Shown piece by piece: positions 35,937-46,069 of a stretch of 64,000 bases of DNA. The stretch's first letter is position 1. Every line of letters starts with the position of its first letter. The notes beneath the pieces are model-generated. The model was not told the DNA's origin and made no database searches. It was given only the letters and a program-made list of their open reading frames with translations. The DNA comes from a candidate division WOR-3 bacterium. GTDB lineage: Bacteria; Hydrothermota; Hydrothermia; B15-G9; WFZT01. The translations under genes and the position numbers were made by a program. Location of the stretch: assembly GCA_027053075.1 (NCBI GenBank), contig JALUEE010000033.1, positions 45,781 to 109,780 of the forward strand, in the 5' to 3' direction.

Positions 35937-38039
35937 TTAGTCCTTTTTGATTTTCTTAACTCCGCCCTGAAGTGCGGCTTTGCGCGAAAGCTTTATCCTT
36001 CCAAGCTCATCAATATCAATGACCTTAACGAGGACCTTATCACCAACTTTGAGGACATCCTCCACCTTTTTAACCCGTGTATTGGCAAGCTCTGAGATGT
36101 GAACCAGTCCTTCTTTACCAGGGAGAATTTCAACAAATGCACCAAATGGGGCAATCTTTGTAACCTTGCCAAGATAAACTGTGCCCACCTCAACTTCCTG
36201 AACAAGCTCACCAATCCTCTTCTTTGCCTCCTCAACCCCCTGGAGATTCTGCCCGGAAATCAGGACTTTGCCTGTTGTGTCTTCAATTTCAATCCTCGTA
36301 TCCGTATCTTCCTGAATCTTCCTGATAGTTCTTCCACCAGGGCCTATAACCTCTCCGATCTTCTCACGTGGGATCCAGATAGCCGCTACCTTTGGAGCAT
36401 ATTTGGAGAGTTCTTTTCTTGGTGAACTTATTGTTGCATCCATTACGTCAAGAATGAAGTGTCTCGCCTTTTTCGCACGCTCGAAAGTATTTTTGATTAT
36501 ATCAAGGCCTATGCCTTTGATCTTCAGGTCGAGCTGTATAGCAGTAATCCCATTCCGTGTACCTGCTACCTTGAAATCCATATCTCCATAATGGTCTTCA
36601 GCTCCGATGATGTCTGTGAGCAATTCATACTTATCCTCACCCTTCACAAGTCCGATGGAAATTCCAGCCACAGAGGTTTTAAGAGGCACGCCTGCATCCA
36701 TCAGAGAAAGTGATGCACCACAAACAGTTGCCATGGATGTGGAGCCGTTGGATTCAAGAATATCTGAGACTACCCTTATTGTATAGGGAAATTCATCCTC
36801 TGGTGGGATCAAATTGGCCACTGCCTTCTCAGCCAGTGCGCCGTGACCTATTTCACGCCTTCCTGGACCTCTTAAAGGTTTAATCTCTCCCACTGAAAAT
36901 GGTGGGAAATTGTAATGAAGCATAAAGCGTTTTTCTTCTTCAGGTTCAAGCTCTGAAAGACGCTGAACATCTTCTGATGTGCCAAGGGTCGTGACAACCA
37001 GTGCCTGGGTCTCCCCCCTTCTGAAAAGTGCAGACCCGTGAGTTCGGGGCAAAATTCCAATCTCCGCGGAGAGGGGCCTTATTTCATCAAACTTTCTACC
37101 ATCAATTCGAGCGCCCTCTTCAAGCACCATGCGCCGCATGGTCTCGCGCTCTATCTCGTAAAGTGCACTCTCTATTTCGACCTTGCTGTCAGGAAATTCA
37201 TCAGCCAGTGCCTCCTGAACCTGCTTGTGGATTGAAGAAAGTGTCTCCTGACGCGTCTTCTTGTGTGCGATTCTCATTGCATTGCTGATTAATTCTCCAA
37301 ACTGTTCCTTTATTCGGTTCTTCATCTCATCGGGTATAGGCAACACCGTTGGCTCTCTCTTCTCCACAGGTACAAGCTCCATCAGCTCCTTCTGAACATC
37401 AATCACCTGGTCAATGTAGGGCTGGGCAAACTCGATTGCCTTTAAAAGCAGGTCCTCTTCCACCTCTTTCCCTTCAAACTCTATCATGTGGACTTCACCA
37501 TCGGATCCCACAAGGAGTAGGTCAAAGAGGCTATCATTCAGCTGGGTATTGGTTGGGTTAATGACAAATTCATCATTAATATACCCAACCCTGACCGCTC
37601 CAATGGGCCCTACGAATGGGATAGGAGAGATGGAAAGTGCGGCACTTGCCCCGATAATACCGAGCAGATGCCCCTCGTTCTCCATATCATAGGAGAGGAG
37701 ATAGGCAATTATCTCCACCTCATCCATCATCCCTTTGGGGAATCTTGGGCGAAGGGAGCGGTCAATAGCCCGGGAATAAAGAATTTCCCTCTCTCTTGGC
37801 TTTCCCTCTCTCTTAAAGTAACCACCAGGAATTTTACCAGCTGCATAGGACTGCTCGCGATACTCCACAAGCAGTGGTAGAAAATCTCTCTTTTCCTCTG
37901 AAGGCTTGGATACAGCGGTAACCAGGACCACTGTATCCCCGTATTGAACCATCACGGCCGCGTCGGCCTGCCTTGCGACCTTACCTGTTCTAATCTCTAA
38001 TTTCCGCCCCCCTATCTCAGTTTCTACAATCTTCTCCAT
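35937..38039 (-). CDS. pnp: Polyribonucleotide nucleotidyltransferase (PNPase)
   Basis: 700 aa with two RNase PH domains, a KH domain (IGPGGRTIRKI) and an S1 domain (GKVTKIAPFGAFVEI). Confidence 0.95.
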   Translation of the reverse strand: MEKIVETEIGGRKLEIRTGKVARQADAAVMVQYGDTVVLVTAVSKPSEEKRDFLPLLVEYREQSYAAGKIPGGYFKREGKPREREILYSRAIDRSLRPRFPKGMMDEVEIIAYLLSYDMENEGHLLGIIGASAALSISPIPFVGPIGAVRVGYINDEFVINPTNTQLNDSLFDLLLVGSDGEVHMIEFEGKEVEEDLLLKAIEFAQPYIDQVIDVQKELMELVPVEKREPTVLPIPDEMKNRIKEQFGELISNAMRIAHKKTRQETLSSIHKQVQEALADEFPDSKVEIESALYEIERETMRRMVLEEGARIDGRKFDEIRPLSAEIGILPRTHGSALFRRGETQALVVTTLGTSEDVQRLSELEPEEEKRFMLHYNFPPFSVGEIKPLRGPGRREIGHGALAEKAVANLIPPEDEFPYTIRVVSDILESNGSTSMATVCGASLSLMDAGVPLKTSVAGISIGLVKGEDKYELLTDIIGAEDHYGDMDFKVAGTRNGITAIQLDLKIKGIGLDIIKNTFERAKKARHFILDVMDATISSPRKELSKYAPKVAAIWIPREKIGEVIGPGGRTIRKIQEDTDTRIEIEDTTGKVLISGQNLQGVEEAKKRIGELVQEVEVGTVYLGKVTKIAPFGAFVEILPGKEGLVHISELANTRVKKVEDVLKVGDKVLVKVIDIDELGRIKLSRKAALQGGVKKIKKD

Positions 38040-38040
38040 T

Positions 38041-38310
38041 TTAACCTCTTATCCCCAGTTTCTTGAGAACTTCCTGATACTTCACGAAATTCTCCCTCTT
38101 CAAATACCTGAGCAGTCTCTTCCTCTTTCCAACCAGTTTGATTAGTCCATACCTTGAATGGACATCTTTGCGATGTTTTTTAAGGTGCTCTGTAATCTGC
38201 TTAATTCTTTCTGTTAGAAGAGCGATCTGAACCTCAGGTGAACCTGTGTCCCCCTCAAATCTCTGCCATTCCTTGATAATTTTTTGTTTGTCTTCTTTCT
38301 CAAGTGCCAT
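38041..38310 (-). CDS. rpsO: 30S ribosomal protein S15
   Basis: 89 aa. [31 protein letters not shown] is a canonical S15 pattern. It lies immediately upstream of pnp. Confidence 0.95.
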   Translation of the reverse strand: MALEKEDKQKIIKEWQRFEGDTGSPEVQIALLTERIKQITEHLKKHRKDVHSRYGLIKLVGKRKRLLRYLKRENFVKYQEVLKKLGIRG

Positions 38311-38321
38311 GCTAAAACCTC

Positions 38322-38768
38322 CTATTTTTTCTTAACTTCAACCTTTAGCTCGACTTCGACCTCAGGATGAAGTTTAATTGGCACATAATGGGTTCCAAGT
38401 GACTTAATAGGCTCTTCAAGTTTAATCATTCCTTTCTCCACCTCAGTTATGCCTTTCTTTCTCAGGGCTGAGAGAATGTCAACTGAGCTTACCGCACCAA
38501 AAAGCTTGTCTTCCTCACCAGTTTTTACCTCGATGGTTAGAGAAGTATTTTTGATTTTGTTTGCAAGTTTTTCCGCCTTCCTTTTTGCTCTCTCTGCCTT
38601 CATTGTAAGGAGTTTCTGCTCGTTCTCAAAAGCCTTGATATTGGATGGTGTAGCAGGGATTGCAAGCTTTTTCGGGATCAGGTAGTTTCTTGCAAATCCA
38701 TCGGAAACGTTGACCACATCTCCTCTTTTACCAACTCTATCCACGTCTTCTCTAAGAATTACTTTCAT
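38322..38768 (-). CDS. rplI: 50S ribosomal protein L9
   Basis: The ORF track starts at 38804. I prefer ATG 38768 (MKVILREDV, the canonical L9 N-terminus), which is preceded by GGAGTGGAG and avoids overlap with rpsR. Confidence 0.9.
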   Translation of the reverse strand: MKVILREDVDRVGKRGDVVNVSDGFARNYLIPKKLAIPATPSNIKAFENEQKLLTMKAERAKRKAEKLANKIKNTSLTIEVKTGEEDKLFGAVSSVDILSALRKKGITEVEKGMIKLEEPIKSLGTHYVPIKLHPEVEVELKVEVKKK

Positions 38769-38781
38769 ATCTCCACTCCGT

Positions 38782-39012
38782 TTAGATGTAATAGGCTTCG
38801 ACAAACGGCAGAAGAGCCATTATCCTTGCCCTTTTAATAGCACGTGAAAGCTGACGCTGATGATAGGCACATGTGCCTGTGGTTCTGCGTGAGAGAATCT
38901 TACCCCTTGCTGTGAGGTATTTTCTTAATCTCTCAACGTCCTTGTAATCAATCTCTTTGATTCCTTCTCTGCAAAATTCACAGCTATTTTTTCTAATCTT
39001 GTTTTTTGCCAT
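38782..39012 (-). CDS. rpsR: 30S ribosomal protein S18
   Basis: 76 aa. [32 protein letters not shown] is the S18 pattern. Confidence 0.95.
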   Translation of the reverse strand: MAKNKIRKNSCEFCREGIKEIDYKDVERLRKYLTARGKILSRRTTGTCAYHQRQLSRAIKRARIMALLPFVEAYYI

Positions 39013-39027
39013 GGTAAAGCACCTCCT

Positions 39028-39456
39028 TTAAAAGGGTAAGTCGTCCTCGTTGGGCTGGGTCTCAGGTGGAATCTCATCAGATATCGGCTCGTAAGTTTCA
39101 CCCTGGACACCCATTTTCTCAAGCATCTGAACAGTTCTTGCAATCACCTCAATGGTTTTCCTCTTCTGACCCATGCTGTCTTCCCACGTTCTTGATTGAA
39201 GTCTTCCCTCAACCACAACGGGACTTCCTTTTGTAAGTTTATCGTTAATACGTTCCGCCAGTGCACCCCAGGCAGTCACGTTGATAAAGAGAGTGTCTTC
39301 CTGCCATTCTCCTGCCTGATTTTTATAGTTTCTTGAGACTGCCAGTCCGAATTTACACACCGCGCGACCGCTTGGTGTATATCTCAATTCAGGATTGGCA
39401 GTCAAACGTCCTGAAAGGATTACAAGGTTGATACTTGGGACTTTAATATCAGCCAT
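39028..39456 (-). CDS. ssb: Single-stranded DNA-binding protein
   Basis: 142 aa with an OB fold (NLVILSGRLTANPELRYTPSG) and an acidic C-terminal tip DDLPF. It sits between rpsF and rpsR. Confidence 0.9.
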   Translation of the reverse strand: MADIKVPSINLVILSGRLTANPELRYTPSGRAVCKFGLAVSRNYKNQAGEWQEDTLFINVTAWGALAERINDKLTKGSPVVVEGRLQSRTWEDSMGQKRKTIEVIARTVQMLEKMGVQGETYEPISDEIPPETQPNEDDLPF

Positions 39457-39755
39457 TATTTAACTTCACCCCTCTTGATTATCATGCCCCTCATGAGGTT
39501 TTTATTGAATCTAAACTCCTTACGAAGGGCATCTGGTAGGGAAGGCTCGCCGGTGAAGTAATACACGGCGTAATAGCCTTCGTTCTTTTTATTTATCGGG
39601 TAGGCAAGCTGTCTTTTACCCCATTCGTCGATCTTTTCCAGCTCTCCACCATTTTCCTCGATGATATTTTTGAGTGTATTGATTGTGTTACCAATCTCTT
39701 CATCTGGTATATCCGGGTCAATTATGACCATCATTTCATAGCTTCTCTTCCTCAT
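39456..39755 (-). CDS. rpsF: 30S ribosomal protein S6
   Basis: 99 aa. YEMMVIIDPD....I........G.....D.WGKRQLAYPI is the S6 pattern. It is the first gene of rpsF-ssb-rpsR-rplI. Confidence 0.9.
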   Translation of the reverse strand: MRKRSYEMMVIIDPDIPDEEIGNTINTLKNIIEENGGELEKIDEWGKRQLAYPINKKNEGYYAVYYFTGEPSLPDALRKEFRFNKNLMRGMIIKRGEVK

Positions 39756-39793
39756 TTTACCTCCTTGGACCTGATTTTTTTGTTTTAATCAGG

Positions 39794-39862
39794 GACGCCT
39801 GCGCTTATGGAGGCGTCTTCTGATTGGGTTCTTATATTATTTTAAGTGCTGATAATTTTCAA
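39794..39862 (-). promoter_or_regulatory. rpsF promoter (TTGAAA-17-TAATAT) and 5' UTR hairpin
   Basis: On the minus strand, TTGAAA is at 39862..39857 and TAATAT at 39839..39834. The UTR hairpin is GACGCCT-10 nt-AGGCGTC (39817..39794), ~30 nt upstream of SD AAGGAGG. Confidence 0.4.
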
Positions 39863-39868
39863 GTTTAG

Positions 39869-39897
39869 GGGGCGGAGGCGCGAAGCGCCTCCGCCCC
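39869..39897 (-). terminator. 13-bp GC hairpin immediately downstream of hppA
   Basis: GGGGCGGAGGCGC-GAA-GCGCCTCCGCCCC begins 9 nt after the hppA stop. The U-tract is weak, so it is called a terminator from position. Confidence 0.5.
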
Positions 39898-39905
39898 ACT
39901 AAATC

Positions 39906-41966
39906 CTAAAATACTATTCCTCTCAACCAAACAATAAACGGTGCAAAAACCAGTGATACAATAGCCATCAGCTTCAGCAAGATGTTCAATGAAGGACCGG
40001 CTGTATCCTTGAATGGGTCTCCTACAGTGTCTCCTTCAACTGAAGCCTTATGGGCATCTGAGCCCTTTCCACCGCGGTTTCCAGCTTCAATCCACTTTTT
40101 CGCGTTGTCCCATGCAGCCCCTGCATTTGCCATGAAGATTGCAAGAGGAACACCCACTGCAAGTGAACCGGCAAGGAATCCACCAAGCGACTCAAGGCCG
40201 AGGATAAATCCAACTACGAGAGGCGTAAAGAAGGCGACTACACCGGGAGTGATCATTTCTTTCAATGCGCCCTTTGTAGTAATATCCACAATCTTTGCAT
40301 AATCAGCTCTCACACCTTCCTTACCTTCGAGAAGTCCTGGGATCTCTCTCCACTGACGGCGAACTTCCTCAACCACATACTGGGCTGTCCTTCCCACTGC
40401 TTTCATCACCGCAGCAGAGAAGTAGAAGGGGATCACTGCGCCTATGAAGATTCCTGTAATTACGCGGGCGTCAAGAATATCAAGCACGAACTTCGATACA
40501 TGTAAAACATTCTGAGCATTCTGGGAGAATGCGGCAAATAGAGCAAGTGCTGTCAGTGCAGCAGAGCCAATGGCAAATCCTTTACCGATTGCGGCAGTTG
40601 TATTACCCGCAGCATCGAGCTCATCGGTAATTGCCCTGACTTCACTCGGCAGTCCTGCCATCTCTGCAATACCACCTGCATTGTCAGCTATTGGACCGTA
40701 GGCATCCACAGAAACTGTAATTCCTGTAATGGAAAGCATTCCTATTCCTGCAAGGGCCACACCGTAGAATCCAGAAAGTCCCGCTGCGTTTCCTACATAG
40801 AAAGCCACATAGATGGATATCGCGATAGCGATTAGAGGAACTACCGTACTCATCATTCCAGTTGCAAGGCCGGCGATAATGTTGGTTGCAACTCCAGTCT
40901 CAGAAGCCTCTGCAATAGCCTCTATTCTTTTACCTGTTGTATAAAATTCTGCGACATATCCGATCAATATACCGGTTGCTAATCCAAAGAGCACAGCCCA
41001 GAAAAGGATAAATCCTCCCATCACGTATTTGATGGCGATAGCGGCACCCACAGCAAAAAATATTCCGGCGAACACGGTAGTTCTGAGCAATGCACCCTGT
41101 GGATTGGATTTAACCCCTTTGATAAAGTAGATTCCAAATATAGAGGCCAGAATACCAATAGATGCGAGGATAAATGCAAGTGCTACTCCTTTTGTGCTTC
41201 CAAGTGTTGCTGCGATAACCACAGCTGAAAGAATTGATCCCACATAAGATTCGTAGAGATCAGCACCCATTCCGGCATCATCACCAACGTTGTCACCGAC
41301 ATTGTCCGCAATAACTGCAGGATTACGAGGGTCGTCTTCTGGTATGCCTGCCTCAACCTTACCCACGAGATCAGCTCCGACATCAGCGGCCTTGGTATAA
41401 ATTCCACCACCGACCCTTGCGAAAAGGGCCACACTGGATGCTCCCATAGAGAATCCTGCGAGGACTGTTGCAGCAGCGGAGTTGGTCTTAAAAATAGCAA
41501 GGAATATGATATAAAGAATGGAAAGCCCCAGAAGTCCGAGACCGGCCACAGACATCCCCATGACCGTTCCACCATAGAAAGCTAAGGCAAGGGCCTCTGA
41601 AAAACCCCGTTTCATAGCGGCAGCAGCAGTTCTTGCATTTGAGCTCGTAGCTACTTTCATTCCGAAGTAACCAGCCGTAAGAGAAAGCGTTGCTCCCACG
41701 AGATAGGCGATAGCTGTGGCAAGAGCCATGGAGAATCCAAGCTGAGCGCTAAGACCAATCAAAAGGAGAATTACCACAACAACGATAAATATGCTGATGG
41801 AGCGGTATTCTCTTCCAAGAAAAGCCATTGCGCCTTCCTGAATGTATCCCATTATCTGGCGCATTTTCTCTGTACCAGCATCCTTGGATGTCACAAGCTT
41901 TGCCATATAAAAGGCAAAAAGTATCGCAATTACAGCTGCTATAGCCGCAATCCAGAATGGACCCAT
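39906..41966 (-). CDS. hppA: Membrane-bound proton/sodium-translocating pyrophosphatase (K+-dependent type)
   Basis: 686 aa and polytopic. Motifs include [26 protein letters not shown] and EVRRQ. The sequence [10 protein letters not shown] has Ala rather than Lys at the position used to separate K+-dependent from K+-independent enzymes. Confidence 0.95.
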   Translation of the reverse strand: MGPFWIAAIAAVIAILFAFYMAKLVTSKDAGTEKMRQIMGYIQEGAMAFLGREYRSISIFIVVVVILLLIGLSAQLGFSMALATAIAYLVGATLSLTAGYFGMKVATSSNARTAAAAMKRGFSEALALAFYGGTVMGMSVAGLGLLGLSILYIIFLAIFKTNSAAATVLAGFSMGASSVALFARVGGGIYTKAADVGADLVGKVEAGIPEDDPRNPAVIADNVGDNVGDDAGMGADLYESYVGSILSAVVIAATLGSTKGVALAFILASIGILASIFGIYFIKGVKSNPQGALLRTTVFAGIFFAVGAAIAIKYVMGGFILFWAVLFGLATGILIGYVAEFYTTGKRIEAIAEASETGVATNIIAGLATGMMSTVVPLIAIAISIYVAFYVGNAAGLSGFYGVALAGIGMLSITGITVSVDAYGPIADNAGGIAEMAGLPSEVRAITDELDAAGNTTAAIGKGFAIGSAALTALALFAAFSQNAQNVLHVSKFVLDILDARVITGIFIGAVIPFYFSAAVMKAVGRTAQYVVEEVRRQWREIPGLLEGKEGVRADYAKIVDITTKGALKEMITPGVVAFFTPLVVGFILGLESLGGFLAGSLAVGVPLAIFMANAGAAWDNAKKWIEAGNRGGKGSDAHKASVEGDTVGDPFKDTAGPSLNILLKLMAIVSLVFAPFIVWLRGIVF

Positions 41967-41968
41967 AT

Positions 41969-42547
41969 CTATACCTCCCTGTTAATTTTTTTCGAATTTA
42001 TAAAATTTATTGCCTTCATCGGGGATTCCTCAACGTAAATTTTTATCCCCTCATATCCAACCGGGAAAACTTCGGTGCGCAGCACCTCAATTTCCTCGTT
42101 AGTAAACTCGCTCAAAACGTAGTCCCTGAGCCTTAAACCTTCAGGCCGTCCGATGCCAATCCTGAGACGAGGTACCTCTTCCGTTCCAAGCTCCATAATC
42201 ACTGACGCAAGTCCATTATGAGACCCCGCTGAACCCTTTAATCTTAACCTCAGCCTGCCAAAAGGTAAATCGGCATCATCCAGAACAACGAGCATCGACT
42301 CCAGGTTATTTATTCCATACTGTTCCACAATCTGTTTTACGGCGATTCCGGAAAGATTCATAAAAGTCGTGGGTTTAACCAGCACAAATCTTTCGCCTTC
42401 GCCAATGTAAAAATCACCTCGTCCCGGCTTAAATTTAATTTCTTCTCTGTAAGCAACGTAATCAAGAAAGAGCCATCCCGCATTATGGCGGGTGTATGCA
42501 TATTCGCTTCCAGGATTGCCAAGTCCAATAACGAAGAGTCTATCCAA
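41969..42547 (-). CDS. pth: Peptidyl-tRNA hydrolase
   Basis: 192 aa with GLGNPG.EY..TRHN.G and GSHNGL motifs. Confidence 0.9.
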   Translation of the reverse strand: MDRLFVIGLGNPGSEYAYTRHNAGWLFLDYVAYREEIKFKPGRGDFYIGEGERFVLVKPTTFMNLSGIAVKQIVEQYGINNLESMLVVLDDADLPFGRLRLRLKGSAGSHNGLASVIMELGTEEVPRLRIGIGRPEGLRLRDYVLSEFTNEEIEVLRTEVFPVGYEGIKIYVEESPMKAINFINSKKINREV

Positions 42548-43180
42548 TTACTCCTTCTTCTCTTCCTCAGCTTCTGCTGCACCTTCCTCGGTGGCCGCTT
42601 CTTCTGTAACCTCTTCCTCAACCACTCCCTTCTTGGGTGCAAGCACTGTCACAATTGGTGTATCAGGTGGCTCGAGAATTTCAATATCCGGGTCGAGCCC
42701 AAGGTCTTTTATGTGGATAGAATCTCCAATTCCCAGATCAGAAATATCTACCTCAATGTGAGGGATAGACTTACTCGGCACTACATAGATGGTGAGTTCT
42801 CTTGTGATGTGCTCTACCAGTCCACCAAGTTTCTCGCCCTTTGCCTCGCCTTTGAGGATCACAGGAACCGTGAGCTCGATCTTTTCACCAGCGTAAGCAA
42901 TCTGGAAATCCACATGCAGGGGTTTGCCGTAAAGTGGATCCCGCTGGATCTCTTTGATAAATACCTGCTTCTCTTCACCGTCCAGCTTCACTGTAATGAG
43001 CTGAGTCTCTCCATGGATTTCTGCGAGAAAGTGCTGGAAATCCTTAAGATTAACCTTCACGGGATAGTTTTCACCAGCGTGTCCGTAGATGACACCGGGA
43101 ATATATCCGCTCCGTCTTAGCTTTTTAACTCTGGAAGTGCCGAACTCTTCCCGCTTTTCAACCTTCAATACTCTTGCCAT
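42548..43180 (-). CDS. rplY: 50S ribosomal protein L25 / general stress protein Ctc
   Basis: 210 aa. LRRSGYIPGVIYG and the two-domain Ctc form are present, with an acidic C-terminal tail. The order prs-rplY-pth is conserved. Confidence 0.9.
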   Translation of the reverse strand: MARVLKVEKREEFGTSRVKKLRRSGYIPGVIYGHAGENYPVKVNLKDFQHFLAEIHGETQLITVKLDGEEKQVFIKEIQRDPLYGKPLHVDFQIAYAGEKIELTVPVILKGEAKGEKLGGLVEHITRELTIYVVPSKSIPHIEVDISDLGIGDSIHIKDLGLDPDIEILEPPDTPIVTVLAPKKGVVEEEVTEEAATEEGAAEAEEEKKE

Positions 43181-43198
43181 TTATTTCTACCTCCTATA

Positions 43199-44137
43199 TT
43201 AGATGAATACTTGACTTACGGACCTTTCTTCGTGGATTCTCAAGATGACATCCGCAAGTAATTCTCCGATTGAAAGGGAAACTGCCTTCTCGGGCCAGTT
43301 ATCCCCTCTGGGTAACGTATTGGTTACCCAGACTCTCTCAATGGGGCTCTCATCAATAATCGACTTTGCCCCTTTAGAAAAAACACCATGTGTTGCAATT
43401 GCACATATATCAACGGCTCCCTTCTCTCTGAGGGCCACGGCTGCTTTTGCAAGGGTGTTACCCGTGTCTATAATGTCATCCACCAGCACAACCCTTTTCC
43501 CCTCAACCTCACCGATGATGTGGACAACTTCGGCCACGTTGGGCTGAGGCCTTCTTTTATCTATCAAAGCAAGCTGGAGGTTACCCAGCCTTTTTGCCAC
43601 GGCCCGCGCCCTTTTCACACCACCTACATCAGGTGAAACCACAATATGTGTCTCCGGTGAAAGCTGGGTGATGTATCTTCTGAAAACAGGGGTCGGAAAA
43701 ATATTATCCACAGGCACATCAAAAAAGCCCTGTATCTGCTCAGAATGAAGATCGATGGTCAAAACCCTATTTGCTCCTGCGCGCTCAATAAGATTTGCCA
43801 CGAGCTTGGCCGATATAGGGACTCTCGGCTGATCTTTCCTGTCCTGCCTCGCATATCCAAAATAAGGAATGACAGCAGTTATCCTCGCCGCTGAGGCCCT
43901 CTTTGCGGCATCAATCAAAAGCAGGAGCTCCATCAAATTGTCAGCAGGCGGGTTGGTTGACTGAATGATAAAAACATCGTGCCCACGTATATTCTCTTTG
44001 ATCTGGACCTTTATCTCACCGTCGTTGAAGCGCGAAACCTCAAGCTCAGTTGGCCTGATATCCAGAAACCTCGCAATTTCTTCTTTCAAATACTTCGAAA
44101 CATTCCCTGATAATAACTTAATATCTCCTCGCATCAT
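43199..44137 (-). CDS. prs: Ribose-phosphate pyrophosphokinase
   Basis: 312 aa with FNDGEI, YFGYARQDRK, DLHS.QIQGFF and the PRPP loop VLVDDIIDTGNT. Confidence 0.95.
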   Translation of the reverse strand: MMRGDIKLLSGNVSKYLKEEIARFLDIRPTELEVSRFNDGEIKVQIKENIRGHDVFIIQSTNPPADNLMELLLLIDAAKRASAARITAVIPYFGYARQDRKDQPRVPISAKLVANLIERAGANRVLTIDLHSEQIQGFFDVPVDNIFPTPVFRRYITQLSPETHIVVSPDVGGVKRARAVAKRLGNLQLALIDKRRPQPNVAEVVHIIGEVEGKRVVLVDDIIDTGNTLAKAAVALREKGAVDICAIATHGVFSKGAKSIIDESPIERVWVTNTLPRGDNWPEKAVSLSIGELLADVILRIHEERSVSQVFI

Positions 44138-44189
44138 GGAAAAAATCTCCCTGGAAGTGCCTTAATTTTAATTGTAGTGGTAGGTTAAA

Positions 44190-46046
44190 TCAATATTTGA
44201 TGAATCTGGTAAATTTTTTATCCACCTTCAGGAAATAAACACCTGGGGCAAGGTGAGAAACATCTATTTGCCGCGTCATTCCGTTTGCAGAAATCAATCG
44301 CCTGCCATTTGATGAATAGACAGCAGGATTTTTTACCGGATATCTAAATAAAATGGCATTTCTCACAATGTTACTGATTAGTGGATGAAAGGTATTTTGT
44401 CTTTCTTCAACCGAAACAGATTGGGAACCATAGAAGATTTCCACAAACTCGTAAATATATGCATGGGTGGAATCAGCATCGCTCATCTCAGAAATACCGA
44501 GAAAATTGCCGTTACCATTAAATTCCACACTCCCGGGGGTTGCATCATGCCAGTCAACCACGCTCCAGGACCCCGTGCTTGAAGCATTTCCGTTAAAATC
44601 CACCCGCTCGTAAGCATGCCCCCTCGCCACTGAAACAGTAGGTCCATCAACAGTATCACCGTCAGCGTTCACCAGTGTGAAGGTTTCTCCTCCATTAATT
44701 TTTGGTATACTGCCTCCAGAATTGATATACACAACGTTTTCCGATAGAGTAACTCCCCAGAAACTCTCAAAATCACTTTTGTTGGTATCCCTTGCGATAA
44801 TCAAAACAGAATTGTACGGAAGCTCTACATTACCGAAGATGTACTCGATATGACTGTTTTCCTGAATTAATCTCCAGTTCTCAAGATTCAGGTTCCCACT
44901 TGGATATCCGGTGACATACTGGAAGGTATCGCTCAGGACAACGCCACTGTCCACTTTGTAAGCCTTGACGAAAAAGTTCACTGTATCAGGTGAGCCTGTG
45001 GGAGGAATGACAAATTTTGCTGTACTTGAATCAGACCAGAATGACGGCTCTCGCACCCAGCTTGTTCCATCAAAAGTGTAAAAAATAGTATCAGCGACAC
45101 TTAAAAAGTTGTAATTGGCCGTGACAATCACACTATCCTCTGGAGTTGGGCTCAAGGGAGTGAAAGTAACCGTTATCAGATCATTTGATTCGCTTGCAAG
45201 CCAGAGGGTTGTATTCAGAATAGCGTAATTATTTTGCACTCCACTCTCGTTCCACCCATCATATAAATGGTTACCAGGGTTGCCTGTACCGTCATCGGCA
45301 GGTGAACTATCGGTAAGTCCGGCAATCTTTCCATTACCATAACTACCTGTTGTGAGAAAAACATAGGTGGTGCCCTGAGAGGCGTCGCTCTTCCAGACAT
45401 GGCCTTGAAGAGTGGGATTAATAGACCTCCGAAGTGTCATCACAGTAGCAGCATAAAATGACATGCCGTGAACTGTTCCAACAGGGCCGTTGGTTATAGG
45501 GTCATCCGGAGCTGTGGATACATTGAATGTCCTATCACTTACTGAATTTGCTGGATCACCGGTGACGTTAAAATGTATCCCAAAATAATCCTCAAATAGA
45601 TTCCAGATGTGCGGTGAATCCCACCCATTTCCGTTCCTATCAGATGCGTTGTGGTCAGCAACCATGAAAAGTGCCCCGCCATTCCTCACATACTGGAGGA
45701 TAGCGTTCATCTCTTCACTTGAAAATGGGACCTGGGGCTCGCAAACCACGAATACGTCAAAATTTGACAGATCAAGGTCGTTTGTAGGGTCATTGTATGT
45801 AATCCTTCCCCAGGGCGGAAGTGTAACGACTTCGTGGCCCATGGAATGGAGATCAAATCCCCAATCAGAGATTCCACCGATCCAGTCATCACCATTTGAT
45901 GGATTTGGCGGCTGAGGATAGGGGAAATCATTATCTATCATCCAGTCCGCGTTGCCCGCATCTTCTTCCTTGGTCATGTCAAAGAGTATCCTTGCGGGGA
46001 ACGCCTGTCCGACGACTAAAACAAATATTAGTAGCAACTTCTTCAT
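44190..46046 (-). CDS. Secreted T9SS cargo protein of unknown function
   Basis: 618 aa with a signal peptide (LLLIFVLVVGQAFP) and a T9SS-type tail (APGVYFLKVDKKFTRFIKY). The middle part has motifs reminiscent of lamin-tail-like domains (NLENWRLIQ..., YEFVEIFYG). The N-terminal ~300 aa are unassigned. Confidence 0.75.
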   Translation of the reverse strand: MKKLLLIFVLVVGQAFPARILFDMTKEEDAGNADWMIDNDFPYPQPPNPSNGDDWIGGISDWGFDLHSMGHEVVTLPPWGRITYNDPTNDLDLSNFDVFVVCEPQVPFSSEEMNAILQYVRNGGALFMVADHNASDRNGNGWDSPHIWNLFEDYFGIHFNVTGDPANSVSDRTFNVSTAPDDPITNGPVGTVHGMSFYAATVMTLRRSINPTLQGHVWKSDASQGTTYVFLTTGSYGNGKIAGLTDSSPADDGTGNPGNHLYDGWNESGVQNNYAILNTTLWLASESNDLITVTFTPLSPTPEDSVIVTANYNFLSVADTIFYTFDGTSWVREPSFWSDSSTAKFVIPPTGSPDTVNFFVKAYKVDSGVVLSDTFQYVTGYPSGNLNLENWRLIQENSHIEYIFGNVELPYNSVLIIARDTNKSDFESFWGVTLSENVVYINSGGSIPKINGGETFTLVNADGDTVDGPTVSVARGHAYERVDFNGNASSTGSWSVVDWHDATPGSVEFNGNGNFLGISEMSDADSTHAYIYEFVEIFYGSQSVSVEERQNTFHPLISNIVRNAILFRYPVKNPAVYSSNGRRLISANGMTRQIDVSHLAPGVYFLKVDKKFTRFIKY

Positions 46047-46069
46047 GATAGGGGGTCAATTTTAAGGGA

